NCBI GenBank assembly: GCA_951406725.2
Contig: OX597834.1
Span: 40,300,001 to 40,364,000 of the forward strand
Source of the DNA: Octopus vulgaris
Lineage: Eukaryota
DNA length: 64,000 bases
Direction: 5' to 3'
Part shown: positions 15,000 through 28,191 of the stretch, one piece after another
Layout: each line of letters opens with the position of its first letter
Numbering within the stretch: the first letter of the stretch is position 1
The notes under the pieces: model-generated
What the model saw: the letters and a program-made list of their open reading frames with translations, nothing else
Databases searched by the model: none
What the model was told of the DNA's origin: nothing
Position numbers and translations under genes: made by a program

Positions 15000-15069
15000 C
15001 CCAGACATTTAACCAACCTTCGACGCGGCACGGATAACAGTTATTCCAATTATTGTCAATGTTTGCCAT
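15000..15069 (-). CDS. Probable first coding exon (exon 15000-15071) of a SynGAP/DAB2IP/RASAL2-family RasGAP: MANIDNNWNNCYPCRVEGWLNVW
   Basis: Acceptor TTTTCACAAACTTCAG and consensus donor GTAAGT; only one frame is open. YPCRVEGWLNVW resembles my recollection of the Drosophila raskol/CG42684 N-terminus (YPSRIEGWLDVC); this was not verified by search. Confidence 0.6.
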
Positions 15070-15620
15070 TTCTGAAGTTTGTGAAAAGCTTAAGTAAAAA
15101 TGTATATATAATATAATATATTATTATACACCGACAACAGGTCTCTCTCTCTCTGTGTCTTCTCCTCCGTGTAGTATTATAATATGGATGGCTGTTGATG
15201 GCAAATTGCCTTTAGTGAGCAAAGAGAGAGAGAGAGAGATGACGATGGTGATGATAATGGTTGAAGGAACGACGGGGAAAAACTGAGGTGAGAAGAAAAA
15301 CAGAAGAAACGGTGTTTGGTGATGGTGGTAGAGAGAGAAAGAGAGGAAGACAGAGAGAGAGAGAGATATGAGCGGAGGAGTAGGTGCGTGTGTGTGTGTG
15401 TATTATATTACATATGTTTGTATGTATCGGTGCGTCAATTTCTGTATGTGTGAACGAGAAGTGTTGCCCTCCTGTTGTTCGTAACGTTCTCTGTTGCATG
15501 TGCTTTCAGTGTGTGAATATTTGTGTGTGTTTGAATATATGTATGTCTGTCTGTATATATATATATATATATACATATATATGTATGTGTGTGTGTGTGT
15601 GTCTCTCTCTCTCTCTCTCA

Positions 15621-15667
<47 letters not shown>

Positions 15668-16245
15668 TGTATGTATGTATGTATGCGTGCGCGTGGCTAA
15701 ACAGCGTGTGTGTGGCTAAACAATTTGTGTGAGATAATAATCTACAAAATATCTTGATATATAATTTCACTATATTTATGCGTCTGTGTGTGTGTGTATG
15801 TGTGTGTGTGTATGATATCGGAGAATATGTTTCTTTATTTTCGTCGTTACGTCTATTTCCACCGAAACATTTTTCGTTATAAGAAATTTCACCACGAAAA
15901 CGGACCGCACTATTTATTAAACAGACTGTTGCGTGTGTATTTTTCCTCGTTGATTGGGGGTGGGGGGACCCTCTACACAACTTCTACACTCTTATAAACA
16001 CACACAAATTCATAGACACACGAGTCTATCCAATGTGAAAGACTACTCGCCGGCTTTGCATATGATTGTACCGTTAGCCTAGAAGTGACGTACAGGTGTG
16101 CGCGCGTGTGTTTTTACTAGGCGCCAACCACACATACATAGGTACTTTCGTTTATACACATGTATATCTAATGTGTGTGTCTCTCTCTATATATATATAT
16201 GTGTGTGTGTATATGTGTGTGTGTATATATATATACATATATATA

Positions 16246-16374
16246 TAAGGATAAGATCGTTATTTAAATATCGAACTTATCAAGTGGCCAGCATGGGAAT
16301 AAAAACCTTCAAAGGTAATAATTATTATTAAAATTATAATTTAGGGTATCTAAGAGATACCCTAAATTATAATT

Positions 16375-16375
<1 letters not shown>
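16246..16375. mobile_element. Second copy of the 10965-11190 element with the palindrome centre deleted
   Basis: Same AAGGATAAGATCG..GTGGCCAGCATGG leader, then AAATTATAATTTAGGGTATC-TAAGA-GATACCCTAAATTATAATTT. Confidence 0.85.
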
Positions 16376-16413
<38 letters not shown>

Positions 16414-17042
16414 TCACAGAGTTCGCGCGCACACTGACACACACGAATATACTTAACTTTCGCACACACACACATATCGACAAAGAGAGAATATAGATTG
16501 ACAGAAAGCTAGATAGAGAGAGAGAGAGCATATATATAGACTATATTGTATATATGTATTTAGAGAGAGAGAGAAAGGAGAAGAAAGAGAGAGAGAGATA
16601 CTGTTGTGTGTGTGTGTTCCACTGTCTGTATGTGGGTGTGTTTGTATGGCCTAAGCTCAAGGGATTACGTTTCTCTACAGGTGACTGACATACATTCAAT
16701 TTGACACTTGTTACTTTTATAAATCTACCATATTTTAACAACTTTTCTCCGCGGCTTCACTTAACAAATTTTCGTTAATACAACCTCCTTCATTCCCTCG
16801 TGATTAGCAAAACATCCCGTATCAGCCGCCATCCAGTAAACCTATAAACAGTAGCGTAACTCGGCGAATGCGGAAGCCCTCCCCAAGCGACGTTGGAAAG
16901 GACACATTTGGGTCTACTGTTTATGCAATGTATTAGGTAGGGGCGACAGGCTATACCACGGCATTTTTCGATAAGCGGTAACCTTTTTCGAGAAGCGGGC
17001 CGCATAATTAGGCGAATGCGAGAGTCCTGGGGCCGATATATG

Positions 17043-17263
17043 TTTCTTTATTACCCACAAAGGGCTAAACACAGAGGGGACAAACAAGGACAGACAAAGG
17101 GATTAAGTCAATTACATTGACCCCAGTGCGTAATTGATACTTATTTTGTTGACCATGAAAAGATGAAAGGTCGACCTCAGCGGAATTTGAAATCAGAACG
17201 TAGCGACGGGCGAAATGCCGCGAAGCACTTCGTCCGGCGTGCTAACGTCTCTGCCAGCTCGCC
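17043..17263 (-). mobile_element. SINE A2 copy within decayed DNA-transposon-like sequence
   Basis: Head, core and tail are all present. Confidence 0.85.
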
Positions 17264-17911
17264 GGTTGAATCTGCTGTTTTAGCTTGTATTGGGTGGGGA
17301 CGACATGTTCAAGGGCTTCCCCGGGGAGTCGCACGATCTAGCTATGTCACTGCATTATCGAGAGGCAGCAACCATTTTTGGAGAGGTGGGCCGCATGGGA
17401 CATGGCTCATCATCAGGCAAGCTGCATTATTAAAAAAACAATACCAAGGAGAGTTTTCGTAAAGGTGTGCAATTCAGAAAGTCCCGTGGGTCGCACTTTC
17501 TCTATGAGTGACATATAAAATCAAAAGTGCTCCAACCGTGAACGCCCCATCTTGTCTACAAGTACAACATCGATTTTCCAGAACCTTTTATTCCAAAAGT
17601 CTTTTCGACCGTATTTTCCAAATCAAAGGTGGTCGCCTCTAAATTAAATAAATATTAAATTTACTTGAATAATTAAATGAAATACAGGTATATGTAAATT
17701 AGAATGAATGATACAAGTTTATTAATACCGTACTGTGCAAAGTGATATTAAACAAATTAGCTCAGGAACATGGGGGTGGAAATTTTGTTTGGGGTAGGTG
17801 GCCAATAAAAACGTTTTGAAAATCCTCCTTAAAAAACTCATCGCCAAAACGAACTAATGTAGAACCGAACTGGCTTGAAACATTACTTTTCCGTCCTTGG
17901 GTTTATATGTA

Positions 17912-18530
17912 GGCGGCGAGCTGGTAGAAACGTTAGCACGCCGGGCGAAATGCTTTGCGTTTTTCGTCTGCCGCTACGTTCTGAGTTCAAATTCCGCCGA
18001 GGTCGACTTTGCCTTTCATCCTTTCGGGGTCGATTAAATAAGTACCAGTTACGCACTGGGGTCGATATAATCGACTTAATCCCTTTGTCTATCCTTGTTT
18101 GTCCCCTCTGTGTTTAGCCCCTTGTGGGTTTGTAAAGAAATAGGTTTTCGTCTGTCGCTACGTTCTGAGTTCAAATTCCGCCGAGGTCGACTTTGCCTTT
18201 CATCCTTTCGGAGCCGATAAATTAAGTACCAGTTACGCACTGGGGTCGATGTAATCGACTAGCCTCCTCCCCAAAATTTCTGACCTTGTGCCTTTAGTAG
18301 AAAGGATTATTATACATGCGTTTGAAGGTGACAAGAAGGCAGAAATGTTATCGCGCTGAGCAAAATACTTTGCGGCATTTCGTCCGTCTTTACGTTCAGA
18401 GTTCAAATTCCGCCAGAGTCAGCTTTGTCTTTTATCCTTTCGGGGTCGATAAAATAAGTACCAGTTGAGCACTGAGATCGATGCAATCGACTAGCCCCCT
18501 CTCCAAAATTTCAGGTTTTCTACCTATTGT
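17912..18530 (+). mobile_element. SINE A array: A2 + partial A1 (17912-18312) and an older A1
   Basis: The tail AAAGAAATA is followed by a restart at the internal GGTTTTCGTCTG. The A1 tail ends AGAAAGGATTATT. Confidence 0.9.
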
Positions 18531-18876
18531 ACCTGTGTTTGTTTTGACATAAAGATTGAAAAATAACCGGCCTTGTTTTAAAAAAAAATTTGGAGCTGAA
18601 TCTGAACCCGCTAAACAAATTTCATTCCGCATGAAACAGGATGGCACAGAATAATAGTCTGGCAGCCGTGAGGATTTGAACTTCTTGCTTGTAAATTAGT
18701 GTGGAATATAAGAGGTTCCGGACCACCAGTATCAGGTATTTTATCGTGCGGCACACCTCTTTTTATTTCAGGCGGGAGAGTGTGATTTGAGAGGAATTTG
18801 GTTGCTATTTTTAGCAGGTCGTGCGCTGGGTAATAAAAGACGTTATTGTAATACGAAGGCAGATATACAGGTAAAT

Positions 18877-18925
<49 letters not shown>

Positions 18926-19002
18926 ATTGTTTTATTGGAAAACAATAAAATGTAATAGCTACACCATATCACAATCCCAATTAAATGACTCAACAAATTG
19001 GG

Positions 19003-19325
19003 TCTCCGTCGGTTACGACGACGAGTGTTCCAGGTGTTCCGATCAACGGAACATTCTGCTCGTAAAATTAACGTGCAAGCGGCTGGTCCATCCACGGACA
19101 TGCGTACCCTTAACCGTTGTTCTTAGGGAGGTTCAGCGTGACACAGAACGTGACGAGGCTGGTCCTTTTTGAAATACAATTACAGGTGCAAACACATTTT
19201 TGCCAGCTGAGTGGATTGAAGCAACGTGAAAATAAAGTGTCTTGCTCAAGGACACAACGCGCAGCCGGAAATCGAACTCACGATCGTGAACATAATACAT
19301 TTAACCACCAAGCCACGCGCCTTCA
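19003..19325 (-). mobile_element. SINE C (head H1 + tail T1)
   Basis: Reverse complement of the 63014-63332 copy. Confidence 0.85.
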
Positions 19326-19404
19326 CACTGACTTAACACCCCCTGTTTGATATCAACTCGCCCAAGACCAATCCCGCTTCTATGATACAGACTTCCTGTT
19401 CTAA

Positions 19405-19960
19405 CCAATCCACCCCAACCCTCTGAGTCCCACCCTATCCCTGCAGACAGTGAACCCACCCGCTCCCCTCCAACAAGAAAACAAAAAAAAGCACACGCAA
19501 AAGCAACACACAGAAAACGAACCCAGGCCGAACGTTGTACTATGACAGAACAGAAAGAAGTTAAAAGGGTAATGGAAGAGTATACATGGTGTGAAATAGG
19601 TGAGACCAGGTATGCAGTGATTGAAAAGGAGAGAATAGATGAGTTTATGACAAGGTGCGAAAGGGAGAATTGGGAGGTGAAAGAGAAAAGTTTGAGTGAT
19701 GAATCCGTGAAAAATATAGAGGATTGGTTTGAAGTAAGAATAGAGAAGAACGGTTTTATTATTGCGAATGAACATTTAAGTGAAAGTGAAAACCAAAGGA
19801 CAGGTAAGTGATGCTGACGGATGGGGCCTTTAGCATTGCTTTCATATAATCATTTTTTCATTTAATAATTCATTCTTCATAAATCTAATTATTATGTTCT
19901 ATGTCCCCAATGTTTTGTAATGTCCCATCTGCATCGCCCCTTGTTGGTAATAAAAAATCA
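19405..19960 (+). mobile_element. 5'-truncated, ORF-bearing non-LTR retro-insertion with a 21-bp TSD
   Basis: TSD GATACAGACTTCCTGTTCTAA at 19384-19404 and 19961-19981. The frame is open from the 5' junction to 19811. The 3' end is GCCCCTTGTTGGTAATAAAAAAT. Confidence 0.8.
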
Positions 19961-20117
19961 GATACAGACTTCCTGTTCTAAAGAGATTCTTTTCTTTTTC
20001 CCTTTTCTACTGTAGCCACAAGGTTTGAGATTCTGCAGGTGCGGTTCAGTCCATTACGTAAATCAGTGGTTTCCAGCCTTTTTATTTAAATGAGTTTTTT
20101 TTCCACGGACGCCTTTT

Positions 20118-20528
20118 AATATGCTTCATCTCAAAAGGCGGCGAGCTGGCAGAATCGTTAGCACGCCGGGTCTGAGTTCAAATTTTGCCGAGGTCGCCTT
20201 TGCCTTTAATCCATTAGGGGTCGATAAATTAAGTACCAGTTTCGTACTGGGTCGATGTAATCAACTTAATCCCTTTGTCTGTCCTTGTTTGTCCCCTCTA
20301 TGTTTAGCCCCTTGTGGGCAATAAAGAAATAAATATGCTTATCTCAAAAGGTGGTGAGCTGGCAGAATCGATAGTACGTCGGGTCTGAGTTCAAATTTTG
20401 CCGAGGTCGCCTTTGCCTTTCAATCTTTCAGGGTCGATAAATTAAGTACCAGTTGCGTATTGGGGTCGATCTAATCGACTGGCTCCCTCCCCAAAAATTT
20501 CGGGCCTTGTGCCCAGAGTAGAAAAAGT
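20118..20528 (+). mobile_element. SINE A2/A1 tandem with duplicated flank and shared internal deletion
   Basis: AATATGCTT(C)ATCTCAAAA precedes both heads, and both lack the same ~35 bp. Confidence 0.9.
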
Positions 20529-20532
20529 ACGC

Positions 20533-20563
<31 letters not shown>

Positions 20564-20770
20564 CATACACACACATATATATATATATATACATAGTAAA
20601 ACTGGATCCCTTCCTGTCAAGGGTTTCAGACGAGCAACAGATGAGGGCAGCAGCATCAAATATCCTCATTGACCAAATTCCACATATCAGAAGAGGTTTC
20701 AAATAATAGTGTAGCTCATTCAACGGTGGTGCCCCTGCGTGACCGCAGCTTTGAAGAAGAAACATTGAAG

Positions 20771-20843
<73 letters not shown>

Positions 20844-20939
20844 GTACCATCGAAAAGATGGAAGACGAAGTCAGCCTCGGCGCAATTCGAACTCAGAGCG
20901 TAAAGGCGGACGAAATACTGCTAAGTATTTCGACCGATG

Positions 20940-21235
20940 TTCATCCTTTCGGAGTCGATTAAATAAGTACCAGTTACGCACTGGGGTCGATATAATCGAC
21001 TTAATCCCTTTGTCTGTCCTTGTCTGTCCACTCTATGTTTAGCCACTTGTGGGTAGTAAAGAAATAGATATTTCGGCTGCCGTTACGTTCTTAGTTCAAA
21101 TTCCGCTGAGGCCGACTTTGCCCTTCATCCTTTCGGAGTCGATAAAATTAAGTACCAGTTGCGTCCTGGGGTTGATCTAATCGACTGGCACCCTACCCCC
21201 AAAATTTCGGGCCCTATGCCTAGTGTAGAAAAGAG
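20940..21235 (+). mobile_element. SINE A2 (5'-truncated) + partial A1
   Basis: Junction AAAGAAATA|GATATTTCGGCTG. Confidence 0.85.
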
Positions 21236-21549
21236 TACCGTTTCCATTGTTTTTTGACGGTTTTTACAGCCTTTCATGTTTACACCGAAAACACAAACAC
21301 ACGCGGGATTTTGTAGCTCTGAAGAACTTTTTATTGTTGTCCAGTTTTACATAACGTCTCGGTCTTGTTGGTTGGACATAGATATTGAGTGGGGTGGGGT
21401 GGGGTCTTAATTTCCAGCATTACATTGGTGTCAACTGCATGACTGAACAAACATGCTTTTGTCTACGTCTAACGACATTGTATAAGGATCACAGACAAAA
21501 AAAAAAAAAAAACACCCAAAACTGTGATCGGTATCATTTGTCCGAAGAA

Positions 21550-21780
21550 GGCGGCGAGCTGGCAGAATCGTTAGCACGTCGGGCGAAATGCTTAGCGGTA
21601 TTTCGGCTGCCGTTACGTTCTGAGTTCAAATTCCGCCGAGGTAGACTTTGCCTTTCATCCTTTCGGGGTCGATAAATTAAGTACCAGTTACGCACCGGGG
21701 TCGATGTAATCGACTTAATCCGTTTGTCTGTCCATGTTTGTCCCCTCTGTGTTTAGCCCCCTGTGGGTAATAAAGAAATA
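21550..21780 (+). mobile_element. Full-length SINE A2 with a 14-bp TSD
   Basis: GGTATCATTTGTCC at 21530-21543 and 21781-21794. Confidence 0.92.
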
Positions 21781-21974
21781 GGTATCATTTGTCCAAAAGT
21801 GCCACGCCGTGAGAGTGAACCCGGTAACCACGTGGTTCGCGAACAAACCTATTACCGCACAACCACGCATGCGCCTGTTGTCGCTGTTGCTTTATATTTG
21901 TGACACTTAATTTCAAGTCCCAGTGGCTCTTTATTTAGTTCCATGCTACTGGAGCTAACAGCTGTTGCTATGAC

Positions 21975-22028
<54 letters not shown>

Positions 22029-22165
22029 CATTGTGACGGTTGCTAATATTCTTCTTGTCGCTTCTGTTGTCATTTTTATTATTGTTACTGCTGCTGATGA
22101 TGATGTTGTCACAACTATTTTTGTTGTTGCTGTTCTTAACTGCTTCTCTTGTAGTTGTTGTTTTT

Positions 22166-22218
<53 letters not shown>

Positions 22219-22352
22219 TATTTGTCCACGACAGCTGCTAACGTTTCGTCTTCAGCAATTTCGTCTTAATTCGTATTTGTATTTTTAGTGCTCAGTTTTT
22301 AAACACGTGACAACCATTCACAGTGACGGTTGCTAATTGTTGTGGTTGTGGC

Positions 22353-22386
<34 letters not shown>

Positions 22387-23584
22387 GTCACTATTTTTGT
22401 TGTTGGATTGTTTTAACTTGTTTTTATCTTGGCTTCTTTATTTTTATTTTTATTTTCTACGTGTGCGTCTCTCTACATTTGCACTCTTAAAGTCGTCCCT
22501 AGAGGAGATAACTACTCCGAAATGAATGCATCCAACAGTCTTGTGTTGGGGAATGCGGTGAACAAACTATATTTACATCTCTTTATCTACAACAGGAGAT
22601 TCCCTCCTTGACAAAATTCAATGAAAGGGTTCGAATACGCCTCAAGAATATCTCAAATGGAAACAAGTTTGTGTGTGTGCGTAATAAATATATATATATA
22701 TATATTTATATTCTCTTATATATATTCTACTTATTGTATAACATTACTCTTTTATGTACACTTTTTTATGTACACTCCTTTATGTACACTGTTTTGTTCT
22801 ACTTTTTTATGTTTAACCCTATAGTTTCTTATGTGGTGGTTTAATAAGGTATGTGATTGAGTACTATCTGGTAATTGATATTTGATTTAGATGTATTTCT
22901 CCATTTTCTTATCTTGTATTAGTAATTTGTGGTAAATCATTTTACCTTTGCCCATATAATACAGTAAATGAATTAATTGCATCGCAATCCTTAACATTTA
23001 TGTATTAACTTTGTTGGGTACTTCACTAGCAGTATATTGGATATATGTTATCCCATGGAGGGTTGCATTTACAACCCCTATCTCAATTTGTATATATATA
23101 TATTCATTTTTATTTGTTTCAGTCATTTGACTGCGGCCAAGCTGGAGCACGGCTTTTAGTCGAACAAATCGACCCCAAGACTTATTCTTTGTAAGCCTAG
23201 TACTTATCCTATCGGTCTCTTTTGCCGAACCGCAAAGTTACGGTGACATAGACACACCAACATCGGTTGTCAAGCGATGGTAGGGGAGAGGGGGACAAAT
23301 ACAGACACATACATATACACATACATACATACATGTATCACGTGATCACGTGACCGACCAGACCATCAGCTGTTGCTACATATCGCTGGTCACGTCTGTC
23401 TTTACGTTCTGAGTTCAAATTCCGCCGAGGTCGACTTTGCCTTTCATCCTTTCGGGGCCGATTAAATAAGTACCAGTTACGCAATGGGGTCGATGTAATC
23501 GGCTTAATCCCTTTCTCTGTCCTTGTTTGTCCCTTCTACCATGGTTTCACGTGATCGGTCTATTAACTGACCGCAATCAGTAAT

Positions 23585-23725
23585 CAGCGTGAAGCGATGG
23601 CATGGACAAGTTTTCTCGAACATTCTAGAATTTGTCTTCCAGTCCCCTATAAAAACTGCTGGGCGCCCATTTTTATGAGACAGACGACCAAGGAAGGTGG
23701 CTAAAACAGATGACCCAGATAGATG
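23585..23725 (+). pseudogene. Possible decayed 3' end of an RTE-clade LINE ORF
   Basis: RWHGQVF ... PR/RWLKQM resembles the RWxGHV...GRPRxRW C-terminal motifs; frameshifted. Confidence 0.35.
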
Positions 23726-24057
23726 ACCAGAACCTCCGCCGCCACGAATACAACACAACTGTTTCCTGTTATGTTGGGCAAGCTGCATGTTCCGTATCAA
23801 TAACTTTCTGTAAACTCCAGGCAGAATCTCCATCCCAGTATGTAATTCTTGCTATTGTTACCAGCGAAAGGCCAACGCAGTTTGTCTTTATGCGTGATAA
23901 CAAGATCTTCAGTTCACTATTCGCGGGTGTTGTTCACTTACTTCTGTACGCAGCCCAAGAAACATATTCACTTTCATCAACTCAACCAGTCTCCATCACA
24001 GTCCAACAACAACAACAATAACAACTACGTCAATTCAGTTATATGTTAAATATATAC

Positions 24058-24276
24058 TCTTTACTCTTTTACTCTTTTACTTGTTTCAGTCATTTGACTG
24101 CGGCCATGCTGGAGCACCGCCTTTAGTCGAGCAACTCGACACCGGGACTTATTCTTTTTTGTAAGCCCAGTACTTATTCTATCGGTCTCTTTTTGCCGAA
24201 CCGCTAAGTGACGGGGACGTAAACACACCAGCATCGGTTGTCAAGCAATGCTAGGGGAACAAACACAGACACACAA

Positions 24277-24324
<48 letters not shown>

Positions 24325-24488
24325 GACAGGCTTCTTTCAGTTTCCGTCTACCAAATCCACTCACAAGGCATTGGTCGGCCCGGGGCTATAGCAGAAGATA
24401 CTTGCCCAAGATGCCACGCAGTGGGAGTGAACCCGGAACTATGTGGTTGGTGAGCAAGCTACTTACCACACAGCCACTCCTGCGCCTA
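24058..24488 (-). mobile_element. Full-length SINE B
   Basis: Head GGCGCAGGAGTGGCTGTGTGGTAAG; tail (GAGTAAAA)n. Confidence 0.92.
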
Positions 24489-24774
24489 TGTATACGGAAG
24501 TATAACTGTATGGACATATAACCCTATTCTCTCATCTTTCTTTGATATTCTTTCCTTCGTTCAGGGGTATTATACCCGAAACGTAAGGAACTAATATTTC
24601 AACATAACAGAAAGATGTTTTGTTAATGCAATTTTTGCCTTGATGTTTAAATCTTTATTTATATTGAGTTATTTTTTTTAAAAACAAATCCCATTTTCCA
24701 TATTCCACAATACATCGAGCGAACTATAATACTCTTCACTTTTCCTCCTTCTTTCTCTCTCTGAAATTACATAC

Positions 24775-24840
<66 letters not shown>

Positions 24841-25050
24841 ACATACATACATACATACATACATACATACACACAAACGTACGTACGTACATACATACAT
24901 ACATATTTATGTACATATAGTTGTACACACATACATACATATATACACTCATATATATTAATAGGTAGATATATGCGTGCAGGTGTGCGTGTGTATATAC
25001 GTATATATACATACACACACACATATATATACATACATATATATATTTAC

Positions 25051-25091
<41 letters not shown>

Positions 25092-25105
25092 TATATATAT
25101 ATATG

Positions 25106-25143
<38 letters not shown>

Positions 25144-25456
25144 TGCACACATGTACGTACGTGTATATACATACGTGCATACATACATACATACATACCC
25201 ACACATATACATACACTCACACACCTATGCATGTATGTGTGTATACACACATACATGCACACACACACGTATTGGAAAAAGATGCACATCTTCATTGAGC
25301 CATAGAAGAGCTGAAAGTATCTGAAGAAGTCGATAAAATATTGGAAAGGAATTAAAGGGACAAACGGAGGAAAATGACAAATGTCTGAGTGACATAAATG
25401 AAATGGATCCGAACAAATCAGGACATTTGATATCACTCACACACACACATATATAC

Positions 25457-25556
<100 letters not shown>

Positions 25557-25841
25557 ACGCACACACGCACACACACATATCTTTTCTTTTGCTTCTGCTA
25601 GATGTTTAATAATATATATATATATATCCACACTCATATTTTGAGTTTATTTTTCCAGTTTTGCACCAACAAACCTACACACACACACACATATATATAT
25701 ACACACATACACTTCTCTCTTTCTTTCTCTCTCTCTCTCTCTCTCTGTATATATACGTTTCTTTATGTGTGTGCATATGTATATTATATATATATTCTTA
25801 CGTGTGGATATAAATGTATATATATAGACATATATACATAT

Positions 25842-25900
<59 letters not shown>

Positions 25901-26239
25901 TACGTGAACATATCCATGCATACAGTTATACACGTATGGAAATATATGTATTTATAGAGATACATATATACGCCTATAGATAGGTATTTTATGTATGTAT
26001 GCGTGCATGTATATATGTATGTATGTATGTATGAATGCATGTGTGTGTGTGGGTGTGTGTGTATGTATGTATGTATATGTGTGTGTATGCAAGTGTGTAT
26101 GTATGTATGTATATATTTATGTATGTATGTATTTGTGTATGTATGTATGTAAGGTAAGTAGATTGGTAGATAGGTAGGGACACACATGTATAGTTAAATA
26201 TGTTGTGCTGACAGCAATCTTGCCCTCGAATGAATGCAA

Positions 26240-26324
26240 TATTATTATTATTATTATCAATATTATTATTATTATTATCATTATTATTATTATTATTATC
26301 ATTCTTCTTCTTCTTATTATTATT

Positions 26325-26356
<32 letters not shown>

Positions 26357-26563
26357 CATTATTATTATTATTATCATTCTTCTTCTTCTTCTTCTTCTTA
26401 TTATTATTATTATTATCATTATTCTTCTTATTATTATTATTATCAACTATCTTACGTGCATAGACATATTGGGATGGTTAATAAACAGAGGGATGCTGAG
26501 AGAGAGAGTGAGAGAGAGAGTGAGTAAGAGAGTGAGAGAGAGAGAGAGAGAGTGAGAGAGAGA

Positions 26564-26615
<52 letters not shown>
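26240..26615. repeat. (TAT/TCT)n and (GA)n microsatellites
   Basis: Directly visible. Confidence 0.95.
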
Positions 26616-26616
<1 letters not shown>

Positions 26617-27199
26617 AAAGGCAAAGACATATGGGAAGCCAACAAGAAGAGTAGGTTAAACGGAGAGGAGCGAATGAATCGATACGTGTTGGTGCTTGGC
26701 GTGTAGTGTTAACGTCTGCTTCTAACATCGCTGTATTGTCACTCGTGTCCGGTTTGACAAACTATGGAACGACAAACATGCAATAATTAATGAAACCAAT
26801 GTTGCCAATAGCAGATATATATTCTTTCTTTTTTTTTTGTTTGTTTTCTTCTTCCTATGTAAAAATGTTGACATGTGATGGGAGAAACTGCAGAGATGTA
26901 TGTATGGGTGTGATGAGGGGGAGACGGGTGAAATTTAGGAGTACACACACACACACACACATATATATATATGTGTATGTACATATATATTATACGTGTG
27001 TATGTGTGTATATATACATATGTGTGTGTGTGTATGTGTGTGTAAGAAACATTTATGTATGTATAAGCATGTCTATATAGTAAGAAGTTTGATTCCGAAC
27101 AACTTGGTTGCAGGTTCAGTCTCATTGCGTAGCATTTCGGCAAGTCCTCCATATCGTCGGTGCAAGCAAAGTCTTGTGGGTAGATATCGTAGACGAGAA

Positions 27200-27243
<44 letters not shown>

Positions 27244-27247
27244 AAAC

Positions 27248-27277
<30 letters not shown>

Positions 27278-27278
<1 letters not shown>

Positions 27279-27455
27279 CGGGAAAGTTTACGAAAATGAA
27301 CAAAAGACGAAGGCAGGTGAAGTACAAACAAATGTATTAGTATAGCGCTCAGGAATAGAAAAAGTCTTTTACGTTTCGAGCCTACGCTCTTCGACAGAAA
27401 GATACACAGAAAAAAACAAGGAGAGAAAAAAATGCGTGTAGTAGCTAACGATCTA
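27278..27455 (-). mobile_element. Hammerhead-variant mini-element P1
   Basis: The minus strand reads TCTTT-CTGTCGA-A-GAGC-GTAG-GCTC-GAAAC-GTA-AAAGA at 27365-27402. The element is embedded in microsatellite. Confidence 0.75.
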
Positions 27456-27547
<92 letters not shown>

Positions 27548-27731
27548 CGAGCTGGTAGAATCGTTAGGACCCGGGCGAAATGCTTAACGGTACTTCGTCT
27601 GCGTTTACGTTCTGAGTTAAAATTTCACCGAGGTCGATTTTGCCTTTCATCCTTTCGGGGGCGATTAAATAAGTACCAGTTTGTCCCCTTGTTTGTCCCC
27701 TCTATGTTTAGACCTCTGTGGGCAATAAAAG

Positions 27732-27774
<43 letters not shown>

Positions 27775-27998
27775 TTGATAGATATTGATATACATATATA
27801 GATATATGTACATATGTATGATGTATGTGTGTGTATATATATATCCATGTATATATATGTGTATATGAGCGCGCGCGCATTGTGTGTGTTTAGTGCACCG
27901 GTACTATTTGGTTGCAAAAGAAACTTCTTACCCAGATATCTATGGCTCTCTCTCCCCCTCCCCTCCCCCTCTCTCTGTGCATGTATGTGTGTGTGTGT

Positions 27999-28049
<51 letters not shown>

Positions 28050-28149
28050 TATAGACATGCATATATATAAATATATATACATATATATATATATACATGT
28101 GTATTCATATGTGTATATGTATACATAGTATTACGTATAAGTATATATT

Positions 28150-28191
<42 letters not shown>

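Noticed and set aside
17875-18117. Recurrent peptide LRSEFKFRRGRLCLSSFRGR in many ORFs
   Set aside because: It is a translation of non-coding SINE A, not a gene family.
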